33,525 nucleotides of DNA from an archaeon (GTDB lineage: Archaea; Iainarchaeota; Iainarchaeia; Iainarchaeales; 1-14-0-10-31-34). Position numbers and translations under genes: made by a program. The stretch is taken from the NCBI GenBank assembly GCA_043815885.1, contig JBDRIL010000036.1, forward strand, positions 1 through 33,525, read 5' to 3'. The notes beneath the pieces are model-generated. The model ran no database searches. It had not been told where the DNA came from and saw only the letters and a program-made list of their open reading frames with translations. Positions 17,244 through 29,168 of this stretch are shown one piece after another (position 1 is the first letter of the stretch; each line of letters starts with the position of its first letter).

Positions 17244-17987
17244 ATGAATAGAGTAAAGAGCGGGGTCACTGGATTGGATGAATTAATTGGAGGGGGTTAT
17301 CCAACAGGAAGGTCGACATTGGTTACTGGCGCATGCGGAACAGGAAAAACCATTTTCTGCGTTCAATACATTTATATGGGGGCTTCAAAGTATAACGAAC
17401 CAGGGGTATATGTCACTCTGGACGAAAGGCCTGCACTGGTTAGAGAGGATGTAATGCAGTTTGGATGGGACTTAAAGAAGTATGAAGACAAGGACTTGAT
17501 TCATATTATTGACGGAAGTGTTGCAAGAATCGGAATGCCCTCAGAAGAGGAATACACTCTTCCGATGACTGGATTTGATTTAGATAAACTGTTGCTGGAA
17601 ATAATGCGTGTCACTAAAAGGATTGGCGCAAAAAGAGTAGTGATTGACTCAATTCCTGCACTGGGATTTAATTTTGCTGACGAGAACGAAATCAGAAAAG
17701 CAATCCTAAAGCTAAGTTATATGCTGATGAGAATTGGCGTAACCTCCCTCATGACTTCAGAGATAGCCGAAGGAGGCAACAAATTCGGAAAATACGAAGT
17801 AGAAGAATACGTGGTTGACGGAGTGGTAGTACTTCACTACAGCGGGGTAGGGGGAGGAGGAACGAATAGAACGCTTCACATCAGGAAGATGCGTGCAACA
17901 AAACACTCAGAAAACCTTCATCCAATCACTATAACGAATAAAGGAGTGACAGTACACAAGCTTGAAGACGTCTACGAAGAAGGATGA
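17244..17987 (+). CDS. KaiC/RAD55-family (RecA superfamily) ATPase
   Basis: SGVTGLDELIGGG, GACGTGKT, RVVIDSI, RTLHIRKMRAT. Confidence 0.92.
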   Translation: MNRVKSGVTGLDELIGGGYPTGRSTLVTGACGTGKTIFCVQYIYMGASKYNEPGVYVTLDERPALVREDVMQFGWDLKKYEDKDLIHIIDGSVARIGMPSEEEYTLPMTGFDLDKLLLEIMRVTKRIGAKRVVIDSIPALGFNFADENEIRKAILKLSYMLMRIGVTSLMTSEIAEGGNKFGKYEVEEYVVDGVVVLHYSGVGGGGTNRTLHIRKMRATKHSENLHPITITNKGVTVHKLEDVYEEG

Positions 17988-18076
17988 AGAAAGAAGTGAT
18001 TCCTTTTATTCTTTCAGTAACTAATTTAATTAATTCTCTGATTAAATATTAATCTAAGGGTTTTTAGGGGAAAAAA

Positions 18077-19570
18077 ATGGAAGAAAAGGATATCAGTGAT
18101 TTAAGAAAGAGCAAGGAAGAAAATCTAAGGAAATTAATTGAATTAAACTCTAATCCATATGCATACGGATATGAAAAGAATAGTTATACAAGAGAATTAC
18201 ATGAAAGACATGGTTCAATTAAAATTGGAACCGAAATTAAAAAACCAGCTTATAGAATTTCCGGAAGGATTACCAGTCTGAGAAGCTTTGGAAAACTGGT
18301 CTTCGGGGATTTGGTGGATGGAAAAGGAAAGATCCAGTTTTGTGTAAAAAAGGGTTTGCTGAGCAAAAAGGAAGAAGAACTATTTGGGTTTCTTGACAGA
18401 GGAGACATTATTGGAATAGAGGGAACTGTTTTTAAGACAAAGAAAGGAGAATTGACTCTCTTAGGAAAAAAATTAACTTTGTTGACTAAATCCATTGAAC
18501 CCCTCCCAGAAAAATGGCATGGATTAAAGGACATGGAACTGAGGTACAGGCAGAGATATGTGGACTTAATTGTTAATCCCGGCGTAAGAGAAGTGTTTGA
18601 GAAACGAAATGAAATAGTACAAGCAATAAGGGAATATTTGAAAAAAGAAGGCTATATGGAAGTAGAAACTCCAGTGCTTCAACCCATTTATGGAGGCACC
18701 AATGCCCATCCATTCGAATCATTTTTGCATGAACTTAAAATGAAGGTGTATATGCGTATTTCCAATGAACTGTACTTGAAGAGGTTGATTGTTGGGGGAT
18801 ATGAAAAGATTTTTGAATTCTCAAGGGATTTCAGGAATGAAGGAATAGATAAAACACATAACCCTGAATTCCTTCAAATGGAAACCATGTGCGCTTACGC
18901 TGACTATAAGGACAACATGGGGTTGTGTGAAGAAATGATTGAATTCACTGCAAAAAAAGTGTTGGGAAAAACTAAAATAAGTTATCAGGGAAAAGAGATT
19001 GATTTGAAGAAGCCATGGAAAAAGATTTCATTCAATGAGGCATTAAAGAAGTATGCGGGAATTGACGCTGAAGGAATAGATTCAATTGAGAAAGCAAGAA
19101 AGGAAGCAGGAAAGGCAGGGATTGAATTAAAGGAAGAGGGCAGTATTGGAAGCATTTTAATGAAGGCATTTGAGGAAAAAGTACAGCCTCAATTAATTCA
19201 GCCAACAATGGTTTATGATTATCCTTCAGAGATATTCAATCTGGCTAAAGTTCACAGAAATAATGCAGGAATTGCTGAAGCATTTGAACCAATCATTGCA
19301 GGAATTGAATTAGGTTTGTCTTACTCAGAAGAAAACAATCCAGAAATACTGAAAGAGAAATGGAAAAAAGCAGAAGAGTTTTTTAAGAAAGGAGATATTG
19401 AAGCGCAAAGAATGGATAATGATTTCATCAGAGCATTAGAATACGGGATGCCCCCAACATCCGGATTAGGGATAGGAATTGACAGGCTTGCAATGATTTT
19501 AACTGATTCTGTCTCCATTAGAGATGTAATACTTTTTCCCTTTATGCGACCCGAGAAACAGGTTCAGTAA
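18077..19570 (+). CDS. lysS: lysine--tRNA ligase, class II
   Basis: OB anticodon domain, LPEKWHGL, YRQRYVDL, FRNEGID..HNPEF, YGMPPTSGLGIGIDRL. Confidence 0.97.
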   Translation: MEEKDISDLRKSKEENLRKLIELNSNPYAYGYEKNSYTRELHERHGSIKIGTEIKKPAYRISGRITSLRSFGKLVFGDLVDGKGKIQFCVKKGLLSKKEEELFGFLDRGDIIGIEGTVFKTKKGELTLLGKKLTLLTKSIEPLPEKWHGLKDMELRYRQRYVDLIVNPGVREVFEKRNEIVQAIREYLKKEGYMEVETPVLQPIYGGTNAHPFESFLHELKMKVYMRISNELYLKRLIVGGYEKIFEFSRDFRNEGIDKTHNPEFLQMETMCAYADYKDNMGLCEEMIEFTAKKVLGKTKISYQGKEIDLKKPWKKISFNEALKKYAGIDAEGIDSIEKARKEAGKAGIELKEEGSIGSILMKAFEEKVQPQLIQPTMVYDYPSEIFNLAKVHRNNAGIAEAFEPIIAGIELGLSYSEENNPEILKEKWKKAEEFFKKGDIEAQRMDNDFIRALEYGMPPTSGLGIGIDRLAMILTDSVSIRDVILFPFMRPEKQVQ

Positions 19571-19571
19571 T

Positions 19572-21105
19572 TCATTCGTATTCAATTGTTGCCGGAGGCT
19601 TTTGGGTAATGTCATACAGAACCCGATTAACGCCTTTTACTTCATTCACTATTCTGGTGGAAATTCTTTCAAGCAATGAATGAGGAAGTTTCGCCCAATC
19701 TGCAGTCATTGCGTCAACTGAATCAACTGCCCGCAGGCTAACAATATATCCATAGGTTCTGAAGTCCCCCATTACGCCAACGCTTCTCAGGGAGAGAAGT
19801 GCGGCAAGGGCCTGCCAGGTTTTATCATAGTAATTGCTTTTCTCCAACTCTTCAATGAAAATGCTGTCGACTTCCTGCAAAATCCGGACTTTTTCTTTGG
19901 TTACTTCCCCAATTATTCTTATAGCCAATCCTGGGCCAGGGAAAGGATGGCGGAATAAAAATTTCTTTGTGATTCCAAGTGAAAGTCCTAACTGCCTTAC
20001 TTCGTCCTTGTACAATTCCTTTATTGGTTCAAAGACAGTTAAATCCATTTTTTCCGGGAGGGTTACATTGTGGTGACTCTTAATCCTGTTAGCTGAGTTG
20101 GACGGCTGAGCTGATTCAATCCTGTCAGGATAAATTGTTCCCTGAGCAAGGAATTCAATCCTTCCATGGGTTTTTTCCAACTCCTTTGCCTTTTCCTCGA
20201 ATACGCGAATAAAGGTTGTTGCAATGATTTTTCTCTTTCTTTCCGGATCAGTGACTCCTTTCAATCTTCGCATAAATCTTTCCTCTGCATTCAATGCAAA
20301 GAAGTTCTTGAACTTTAATTTTTTGTAAAGGTCTTTCACATATGCTGCTTCATTCTTTCTCATTAACCCTGTGTCAATGAATACACAGAAGAAATTGTCT
20401 CTAATTGCTTTCTTGAGGATAGTGGATGAAACAAGTGAATCGACTCCTCCTGAAACAGCCATTAAAACTTTTTTGTTTCCAATGGTTTCTCTTGCTTCGT
20501 TGATTAAAATATTTTTTAGTTTTTTAATACTCCATTCTTTTTTTGCCCTGCAAACCGAGAAAACAAAATTCTTTAAAACAATTTTTCCTTTTGGGGTGTG
20601 CCTTACCTCTGGATGGAACTGCAAACCAAAAAATTTGTTGTTTTTAGAGGCAAATGCTGCAACATTGCATCGTTCAGTTGAAGCAATTGACTTAAATCCT
20701 TTAGGAAGGACTTTTACTGTGTCTCCATGAGAGAGCCATCCCTGTTCTTTTTTCTTTAATCCCTTAAACAAAAGGATTTTTCTTTATAGAAATAATCTTT
20801 TTTCCATACTCCTTGAAATCCCCAGAAATTACTCTCCCTCCTAACATCTTTGCAATTGCCTGGTGGCCATAACAGATTCCTAAAACAGGAATTCCTAAAG
20901 AAAAAATTCCTTTGTCTGGAAATAATGCGTCAGGTGCATTAACATCATTGGGGCCTCCTGAAAGAATTATTCCTTTTGGATTCATTCTCTTTATTTTTTC
21001 AATGGAAGTATTGAACGGAATTATTTCGCTTTTCACTCCTAACTCCCTTATCTTTCTTGCAATCAAGTGACAGTACTGGCCCCCTAAATCCATTACTACT
21101 ATCAT
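19572..21105 (-). pseudogene. guaA: GMP synthase (fused GATase + ATP pyrophosphatase) split by a +1 frameshift within 20764-20786
   Basis: The 5' part has DLGGQY and GICYGHQ; the 3' part has SHGD, QFHPEV, SGGVDS and KPPATIEYE. Removing one T from the minus-strand CCTTTTG run (20770-20773) yields a continuous ...KKNPLFKGL... Confidence 0.88.
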
Positions 21106-22388
21106 TTTATCTCCTCGTCCTTCAGTGCTTTTCTCCCAATGTCTTTCCTGTAATGCATTTCATTAAAATGAATCTTTTCCACAGCAGAATACGCGGTATT
21201 AATTGATTCTCTTATGGTTGGAGCAATTCCTGTTACGCCCAAAACCCTCCCCCCAGTTGTAAGGATTTTTTCTCCCTCTAACTTGGTTCCGGAATGAAAT
21301 ACTTTTACATTATTCATTTTTTCAACTTCATTCAATCCATTTATTTCCTTTCCCTTTTCATACTTCAATGGATAACCCTTGGATGCAAGCATTACACAGC
21401 ATGCAGCATTACTGCTCCACTTCAATTCAATTTCATTCAGATTTTCATTTATTACTGCCTCTATTGCCTCCAGCAAATCTGTTTCAAGTAATGAAAGGAT
21501 TGGCTGGGTTTCAGGGTCTCCAAACCTTGCATTAAACTCCAACAGGTTTAGTTCTCCTTCGCTGATCATTAATCCCGCATAAATTACTCCTTTATACTTT
21601 ATCCCTTTTTCCTTTAAGCCCTTCATTGCAGGAAGGAAGACTTGATTCATTGTTTTTTCCATTACCTCTTCTGTAACTATTGGCGCAGGAGCATACGCTC
21701 CCATTCCCCCAGTATTCGGCCCGGAATCATTATCAAATACTGGTTTGTGGTCTTGGGAGGAAATCATTGTAATTATTGTCTTGGAATCAGTGAAAGCAAG
21801 AATTGATGCCTCCTCTCCTTTAAGTCTTTCCTCAACTATTACTTTGTTTCCTGCCCCCCCAAATATTTTTTCATTCATTATTGAATTAACTGCATCAATC
21901 GCTTCTTCCTTTGAAGAACAAACGCTTACGCCTTTTCCTGCAGCCAATCCATCGGCTTTCACTACTAATTCATTTGAATGAAATTCCTTCACGAATTCGA
22001 TTGCTTTTCCTGCTTCATCAAATACCTCAAATTCCGCTGAAGGAATATTGTTTTCCTTCATTAATTCCTTTGCAAACACCTTGCTTGACTCAATTAACGT
22101 GGCTTTCTTTGTTGGGCCAAAGATTTCCAATCCAAAGGATTCAAATTCATCAACTATTCCTTCAGAGAGCGGCTGTTCAGGACCGACAACAGTAAAATCA
22201 ATCTCGTTTTCCTTTGCGAAGTTAATCATTTCGGGAAAAGAATTCAATTGAATATTCCTGCATTTTTTTTCAAGAGCAGTTCCGCCGTTCCCTGGAACAA
22301 CAAAAACCTCTTTCACTTTACTGCTTTGAGATAACTTCCATGCCAGGGCGTGTTCTCTTCCTCCGCTGCCTATAACCATTAGCTTCAA
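21102..22388 (-). CDS. purD: phosphoribosylamine--glycine ligase
   Basis: GSGGREHAL, KADGLAAGKGV, GPNTGGMGAY, EFNARFGDPE. Confidence 0.97.
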   Translation of the reverse strand: MKLMVIGSGGREHALAWKLSQSSKVKEVFVVPGNGGTALEKKCRNIQLNSFPEMINFAKENEIDFTVVGPEQPLSEGIVDEFESFGLEIFGPTKKATLIESSKVFAKELMKENNIPSAEFEVFDEAGKAIEFVKEFHSNELVVKADGLAAGKGVSVCSSKEEAIDAVNSIMNEKIFGGAGNKVIVEERLKGEEASILAFTDSKTIITMISSQDHKPVFDNDSGPNTGGMGAYAPAPIVTEEVMEKTMNQVFLPAMKGLKEKGIKYKGVIYAGLMISEGELNLLEFNARFGDPETQPILSLLETDLLEAIEAVINENLNEIELKWSSNAACCVMLASKGYPLKYEKGKEINGLNEVEKMNNVKVFHSGTKLEGEKILTTGGRVLGVTGIAPTIRESINTAYSAVEKIHFNEMHYRKDIGRKALKDEEIK

Positions 22389-22402
22389 TTTCTCCCCCCA
22401 AA

Positions 22403-23830
22403 TTAAACTCTTTTTCTTTCTTCAGTTCTCTCTTTCCCAAATTCTTCAATAGTTTCTTTTGGCACTTTTGAAGGATATCTTCCATCCAGACAAGCCATGC
22501 ACAATCCCTTTAATCCTATCGCCTTCCTCAAACCAGGAATTGAATTATAAATCAAGTAATCTGCTTCAATGAATTCCCTTATCTCTTTGATGGTTTTATC
22601 CGAAGCAATAAGCTCGGATTTTACCGGCATGTCTATTCCGTAAAAACAGGGAAACCTTATTGGAGGGCAGGTTGAAATAAAGTAGACTGCCTTTGCACCA
22701 TACTCTTTCAGGAGTTTAACTATTTTTTTGGAAGTGGTTCCTCTCACTATGCTGTCATCCACTAAAAGAATCCTTTTGCCTTTTACTTCTGAAGGAATTG
22801 GATTCAGCTTTAATTTCACGCTGTCCTCTCTCCTGGTCTGCGAGGCCATTATAAAAGTCCTCCCAATATACCTGTTCTTTATCAGTCCTTCCCTGCAGGG
22901 AAGTTTTAATTCCTCTGCCATTGTTGTTGCAGCAGTCCTGCTTGTATCAGGAACAGGAAACACTACATCTGCCTTCAATCCAGTTTTCCTCCATTCCTTA
23001 GCCAGCTGTCTGCCTAACTCAAGCCTTACCTTATATACCTCTTTCCCCTCCAGAATTGATTCAGTCCTGGAAAAGTAAACCCACTCAAACATGCAGTGAT
23101 GAGGTTTTCCTTTCACTATCTTCTTTGAATGAACCCTTAAATTATTATCAATAAACACTGCTTCTCCTGGAGCAATATTTCTCTCAACCACATAACCATA
23201 ATTAATTAAAGCAGTACTCTCAGAAACAAATGCATAAGCTTTTTCTCCGTCAAATTTTTTATTCATCATTACAAGAGGTCTTATTGCATTAGGGTCCCTG
23301 AAAGCAAGAAGGCCCTTGCCTCCAATTAACATTACCACAGAATAGGCTCCTTTGGCTCTCTTGAATACTTTTTTTACTGCCTCAAACAGTTCTTTTGGGG
23401 AAAGCCCTTTTTTTCCCAGTAATGCTTCAGCAAAGACATTTAAAACCGCTTCAATATCACAAGTAGAAGTCAATGCACGATTTTTCTTGAAGAAGCGACG
23501 CCTTAACTCATAGTAATTCGTTACCTGGCCATTATGAACTATCCCAACCTTGTTAGGAAAAGCAACATAGAATGGTTGTGCATCTGTTCTGAAGTCAGAA
23601 CCAACAGTGGGGTATCTTGTATGGCCAATGCCAATGTTTGCTTTCAGGTTATCCAAATCCCTCTCAGAAAAGACGTCTTCTACATAACCTTTGTCTTTCT
23701 TTATCTTAAAGTTATTATCAAAGGTAAGTATTCCCGCCGAATCCTGGCCCCTGTGCTGCAATCCAAGCAATCCAATAAACAGGTCTCGAGTAACGTCTCT
23801 CTCTGAAATAATTCCTATTACTCCACACAT
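22403..23830 (-). CDS. purF: amidophosphoribosyltransferase
   Basis: N-terminal MCG, LQHRGQD, GHTRY, VDDSIVRGTT, and Fe-S cysteines (CFYG, CMAC). Confidence 0.97.
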   Translation of the reverse strand: MCGVIGIISERDVTRDLFIGLLGLQHRGQDSAGILTFDNNFKIKKDKGYVEDVFSERDLDNLKANIGIGHTRYPTVGSDFRTDAQPFYVAFPNKVGIVHNGQVTNYYELRRRFFKKNRALTSTCDIEAVLNVFAEALLGKKGLSPKELFEAVKKVFKRAKGAYSVVMLIGGKGLLAFRDPNAIRPLVMMNKKFDGEKAYAFVSESTALINYGYVVERNIAPGEAVFIDNNLRVHSKKIVKGKPHHCMFEWVYFSRTESILEGKEVYKVRLELGRQLAKEWRKTGLKADVVFPVPDTSRTAATTMAEELKLPCREGLIKNRYIGRTFIMASQTRREDSVKLKLNPIPSEVKGKRILLVDDSIVRGTTSKKIVKLLKEYGAKAVYFISTCPPIRFPCFYGIDMPVKSELIASDKTIKEIREFIEADYLIYNSIPGLRKAIGLKGLCMACLDGRYPSKVPKETIEEFGKERTEERKRV

Positions 23831-23913
23831 GCCAAAATCACCAAAAAAAGCAAAAAAGGATAAATAATTAATAGTAAAATCATTTTAATAGTTTTGCTGT
23901 TTGCCGGAATCAA

Positions 23914-25348
<1,435 letters not shown>

Positions 25349-25383
25349 CTGTATTGAAAATTAAATATTAAAAATTTTTAAAG

Positions 25384-25456
25384 CGAGCCCGCTGGGGGTC
25401 GAACCCAGGACCCTTGGCTTAAAAGGCCAATGCTCTACCGACTGAGCTACGGGCCC
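25384..25456 (-). tRNA. tRNA-Lys(TTT)
   Basis: GGGCCCG/CGGGCTC acceptor stem, TTGGC-CTTTTAA-GCCAA anticodon arm, TTCGA T-loop. Confidence 0.95.
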
Positions 25457-25506
25457 ACTTATTGGTGCTAATAAATTGGGTCAATACCCCTTTTTTAAAT
25501 TTTCCT

Positions 25507-26793
25507 TTATTTGCTCTTCTTTATTTCCTTCAATCCATTCATGTATTTCTGCAGGACTTTTGGGACTTTGATTGTACCTTTCTTTGTTTGGTGGTTTTCG
25601 ATTATCGCGCGAAGCATTCTGGAAGTAGCGATTGCAGTCGAATTAAGTGTGTGAACAAATTCTTTTTCAATTGAATTCTTTTTCCTGTACTTTATATTCA
25701 GTCTTCGTGCTTGGAAGGAAGTGCAGTTAGAACAGGAATGAATTTCAAAGTATTTTTTTTCTCTTGGAGACCATGCTTCAATGTCTGCTTTCCTTGAAGC
25801 AACGATTCCAATATCTCCAGTACACACTTCTACAACCCTATAGGGGATCATTAATTTTTTTGTGAGGGTTTCTGCATTCCTCAGTAATTCTTCAAAATGC
25901 TTCTGGCTTTCTTCTGGATTGCAAATAATTACTTGTTCTACTTTATTGAATTGATGCACCCTGAAAAAACCTCTCTCCTCTAAACCGTGCTTTCCTATCT
26001 CTCTCCTGAAACAAGGAGAAACCCCGACGTATTTTATTGGGAGTTCTTTTTCGGTTAAAATTTCATCCATGTGCATTGAAGCAAGAGGATGTTCAGAAGT
26101 AGCAATCAGGTAAAGTTCCTCTCCATCAATCTTATACATTACCTTCTCAAAATCCTCTAAATCAGTTACCCCCTCATAGGGCTTTCTCTTAATCATTAAA
26201 GGGGGCTCAATTAAAGTAAAATTCTTCTTTATTAATTCATCTACTGCAAATTTCTGTAAAGCTAAATCCATTAAAGCGAGTTCATTCTTTAATGCAAAGA
26301 AACCGCTTCCAGAAACCTTTACTGCTCTCTGGAAGTCTGCCTGATTTAACCCGACAGACAGTTCTCCGTGGTGCTTTAAGGAAAATTTTGGTTTAACTGC
26401 TTTCCCCCACCTTCTTACTTCCTTGTTTTTTGTTTCATCCCCCCCAAAAGGAACTGACTCATCCAATAAGTTTGGGAGTTTAAGCAATAAGGATAAAGAA
26501 TTTTTTTTAATGGTTTCTGCTTTTGCTTCAATCTCTTTTATTTCTTTTGGAAGAAACCTGGCTTTCTCAATTAATGACGCAGCCTCTTCTTTTTGTTTCA
26601 TTGCCTCATTAACTTCTTTTGAAACAAGGTTTCTCTTGTGCCTCAATTCGTCTAACTGCAGGAGAAGCGCTCTCCATTCCTTGTCAGAAGCAATGAATTC
26701 TTCAAGCATCTTTAAGTATTTGGGAGCCTTTCTTTTAGCCAAGTTATTTCTTACGAGTTCCGGGTTTTCTCTGATGAGCTTTATGTCAAGCAT
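25507..26793 (-). CDS. serS: serine--tRNA ligase
   Basis: MLDIKLIREN (ATG 26793), coiled-coil arm, LIATSE, CFRREIG, RVHQFNKVEQ, HTLNSTAIA. Confidence 0.97.
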   Translation of the reverse strand: MLDIKLIRENPELVRNNLAKRKAPKYLKMLEEFIASDKEWRALLLQLDELRHKRNLVSKEVNEAMKQKEEAASLIEKARFLPKEIKEIEAKAETIKKNSLSLLLKLPNLLDESVPFGGDETKNKEVRRWGKAVKPKFSLKHHGELSVGLNQADFQRAVKVSGSGFFALKNELALMDLALQKFAVDELIKKNFTLIEPPLMIKRKPYEGVTDLEDFEKVMYKIDGEELYLIATSEHPLASMHMDEILTEKELPIKYVGVSPCFRREIGKHGLEERGFFRVHQFNKVEQVIICNPEESQKHFEELLRNAETLTKKLMIPYRVVEVCTGDIGIVASRKADIEAWSPREKKYFEIHSCSNCTSFQARRLNIKYRKKNSIEKEFVHTLNSTAIATSRMLRAIIENHQTKKGTIKVPKVLQKYMNGLKEIKKSK

Positions 26794-26945
26794 TGATTTT
26801 TCACTTATAATAAGAGAGAAAGCAAACAATAAAATAATATGGTTAAAGAATTTAAATTGAATGAAACAAAATTAAAAAAACAACAAAAAATTCATTAAAA
26901 CAGTAAAAGCAAACTTTAAATTACTATTTAAGCAAAGAAATATTT

Positions 26946-27479
26946 ATGAAAGCAAACAAATTGCTTGACTTCAATGAAACAAAAGAATTTATTGAAACTG
27001 TTGGAGGAAAAGAAGCAGTGAGGTTAGTGAAGATATGCAGTAAGAAAAAGCGCGGAGTGAGTGATGAAGAAATCGCGGGAGATATAAAACTGAAGATAAC
27101 TGAAGTCAGAGCAATACTGAATAGACTTCATTACAGAGGGATTGCATGCTACCAGAAAACAAAGAACAACACGACAGGCTGGTTTTCATACACCTGGGAA
27201 ATAAAATTAAAACGAGTAGCTGAATTGCTTTTAGAACGACAGGCAGAAGAGATAACCAGGCTTGAGCAGAAACTAGACTTTGAAAAAAACTATGAGTTCT
27301 TTGCATGCAAGGAATCTTGTGAAATGGTTCCATTTGAGGTCGCAGCAGAATACCAATTCAAGTGCCCAAAGTGCGGCAGTGTGATGGAAAACACAGATAA
27401 CAAAGGAAGAATGAGGGGGATAAGGAAAAATATAAAATTATTGAATTTAGGAGTGAAGGAGATAAACAAATACACTTAA
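26946..27479 (+). CDS. tfe: transcription factor E (TFE/TFIIE-alpha)
   Basis: Winged helix DEEIA...EVRAILNRL...GWFSYTW, plus Zn ribbon C..C and F..A....FKCPKCG. Confidence 0.92.
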   Translation: MKANKLLDFNETKEFIETVGGKEAVRLVKICSKKKRGVSDEEIAGDIKLKITEVRAILNRLHYRGIACYQKTKNNTTGWFSYTWEIKLKRVAELLLERQAEEITRLEQKLDFEKNYEFFACKESCEMVPFEVAAEYQFKCPKCGSVMENTDNKGRMRGIRKNIKLLNLGVKEINKYT

Positions 27480-27640
27480 AAAAACACAAATTTTAGGACA
27501 AAACAATAAGTTTGGGTTTGGGAAGGAAAAGGGATAAAAAAAGGTTATTTTGCATTTAAAAAAATTAAAATGAATTAAATTAAGAAAGGGGCTTAAATTA
27601 TGTTCTAAGCCCAAAATAAAGACGAAAATCTGCTTTATTC

Positions 27641-27715
27641 AGCGGGGTAGGGCAGCCAGGAGTGCCCGTCGGGCTCATAACCCGAAGGTCGGAGGTTCAA
27701 ATCCTCCCCCCGCTA
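27641..27715 (+). tRNA. initiator tRNA-Met(CAT)
   Basis: A1:U72 pair; anticodon arm TCGGG-CTCATAA-CCCGA with three consecutive G:C pairs; TTCAAAT T-loop; downstream T-tract. Confidence 0.95.
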
Positions 27716-28041
27716 CTTTTTCTTCACTCACTTTTTACCCTTAACGCCCAAAACACAGTTGTATTCAATGAAACGCCAGTTTTCTTTTCTCTTTTTTTCT
27801 TTTAAACAAAAAAATGTTTTTTGCGCTGTAATTTTGCTGTTTTTGAACGCTTGTTTTGGCACTCACTTTTTGTTGTAAACGCTTCTTCTCAGACCCGAAA
27901 CTGCTTATCGCATCACTCTGTTTTTGTGTAGATTGGCTTATATTGGTCTGAGACTGCTTTTTTTAATGGCATTTACTTGGTAATTACGGTAGGTATTTAA
28001 CATTACAATAAGCTTTAAAAGTCTTTACCATCATAACAGTA

Positions 28042-28488
28042 GTGATTAATATGTTTGGATGGTTAAATAAGCTGTTTGGAAGCTTTAGAAAAGAGATAAA
28101 AGCAACTGAAATTTCCGCCAGGCCAGGAGAGAGAGATAAAATCTATGAGTCAAAAGAAGAAGAGGTGGAAATCCACTCTTTATGGGATTTCCTAAAAACT
28201 ATTGAAAACACTCAGGCCCACCACATACTTTCAATCCTTGGGTTTAGCGAATGGATTACAATGGAAGAGATAAAGAGGCGGGTGAAAGAAATATTTGGAA
28301 TAGAATATACAAATGATAGAAGTCTTTACCCTTACATCAAAACCTTAGTGGATATTGGCTTGCTCGAGTCAATTAACGTTGGCGGGAAACGAAAGTGGAG
28401 GAAGAAGGACCTTATAATTAAACTAAAGAAAAAGAAGGAAGAAAAGAAAGAGGTAGTCGTTTCAGCCCTTCAAAAAGGAGTAAATTGA
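28042..28488 (+). CDS. winged-helix-like protein of unknown function
   Basis: ILSIL....WITMEEI...SLYPYIKTLVDIGLLES...GGKRKWR fits a wHTH pattern; Lys-rich tail. Start could be ATG 28051. Confidence 0.65.
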   Translation: MINMFGWLNKLFGSFRKEIKATEISARPGERDKIYESKEEEVEIHSLWDFLKTIENTQAHHILSILGFSEWITMEEIKRRVKEIFGIEYTNDRSLYPYIKTLVDIGLLESINVGGKRKWRKKDLIIKLKKKKEEKKEVVVSALQKGVN

Positions 28489-29070
28489 ATTGAATTGTTT
28501 AAGCTTTGGGGACTTAGAGTAAGCACTCTTAAACCAAACAGAACCAGTTATTTTTTGGGCTTCGCCCAGAACTGCTTTGTGGTGCGCTGAATCAATCTTT
28601 TTCCCAGAGGATACTTCTTCCTTTAATTTTTCCATTTCCTCTAAAAGAAGCATGGGTTCTTTTGAAGAGGAAGTGAGCTGGGTTCTGTCAATCCATTTTT
28701 CCAGGGCAGACACAACGTTTGATTCTTCCAGGTCTTTTTCATTCAAATAATAAACTGCTTTCCAGTCGCCCTTGGTTGTCCAGTTGTGTGCCGGGTTTTT
28801 TCCTGTCTTAAAAAAACTAATGAGTTCTTTAAACGCATCTGGTTGAATAACCACACAATTTTTTCCTTGTTTAATAAAAGGGGTTTTAGAAAGCACTCCC
28901 GGACGGCGGTAGTTATAGGTTTTGCCACTTGATTTAGAAACCGATTGGGAATAACCATACAACGCCCTGAAAAGTTTTTGATAAGTATAAGAAGAATGCT
29001 TTATCTCATTAGGGAGAATGAACTTATATTGTATAAAAAATCCTTTCAGCCCCACACTCCACACTTCCAC
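28462..29070 (-). CDS. hypothetical protein; N-terminal half possibly Cas2/VapD/PaaX-like ferredoxin fold
   Basis: About 200 aa with genome-typical codon usage; YQKLFRALYGY...YRRPGVL...GKNCVVI pattern. The start codon is uncertain. Confidence 0.65.
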   Translation of the reverse strand: MEVWSVGLKGFFIQYKFILPNEIKHSSYTYQKLFRALYGYSQSVSKSSGKTYNYRRPGVLSKTPFIKQGKNCVVIQPDAFKELISFFKTGKNPAHNWTTKGDWKAVYYLNEKDLEESNVVSALEKWIDRTQLTSSSKEPMLLLEEMEKLKEEVSSGKKIDSAHHKAVLGEAQKITGSVWFKSAYSKSPKLKQFNSIYSFLKG

Positions 29071-29168
29071 TAATATAATGTAATAATAGCTTATGTATAG
29101 GAAACATATATATTTTTAATAGAAGAAAATAAAAAGGTTGGTATAACTTTGGGGGAAACTGTGATTTT

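Noticed and set aside
17244..17987. Circadian clock KaiC or RadA recombinase
   Set aside because: Single domain, no kaiA/kaiB nearby, and no RadA N-terminal HhH domain; this is a generic archaeal KaiC/RAD55-like ATPase.
19572..21105. Natural archaeal guaAA/guaAB two-subunit arrangement
   Set aside because: The break lies inside the GATase domain, between the catalytic Cys and His-Glu, not at the domain boundary.
27589..27612. Inverted repeat GGGCTTA-N10-TAAGCCC upstream of tRNA-Met
   Set aside because: Only 7 bp and single-copy; it could be a promoter operator but there is no independent support.
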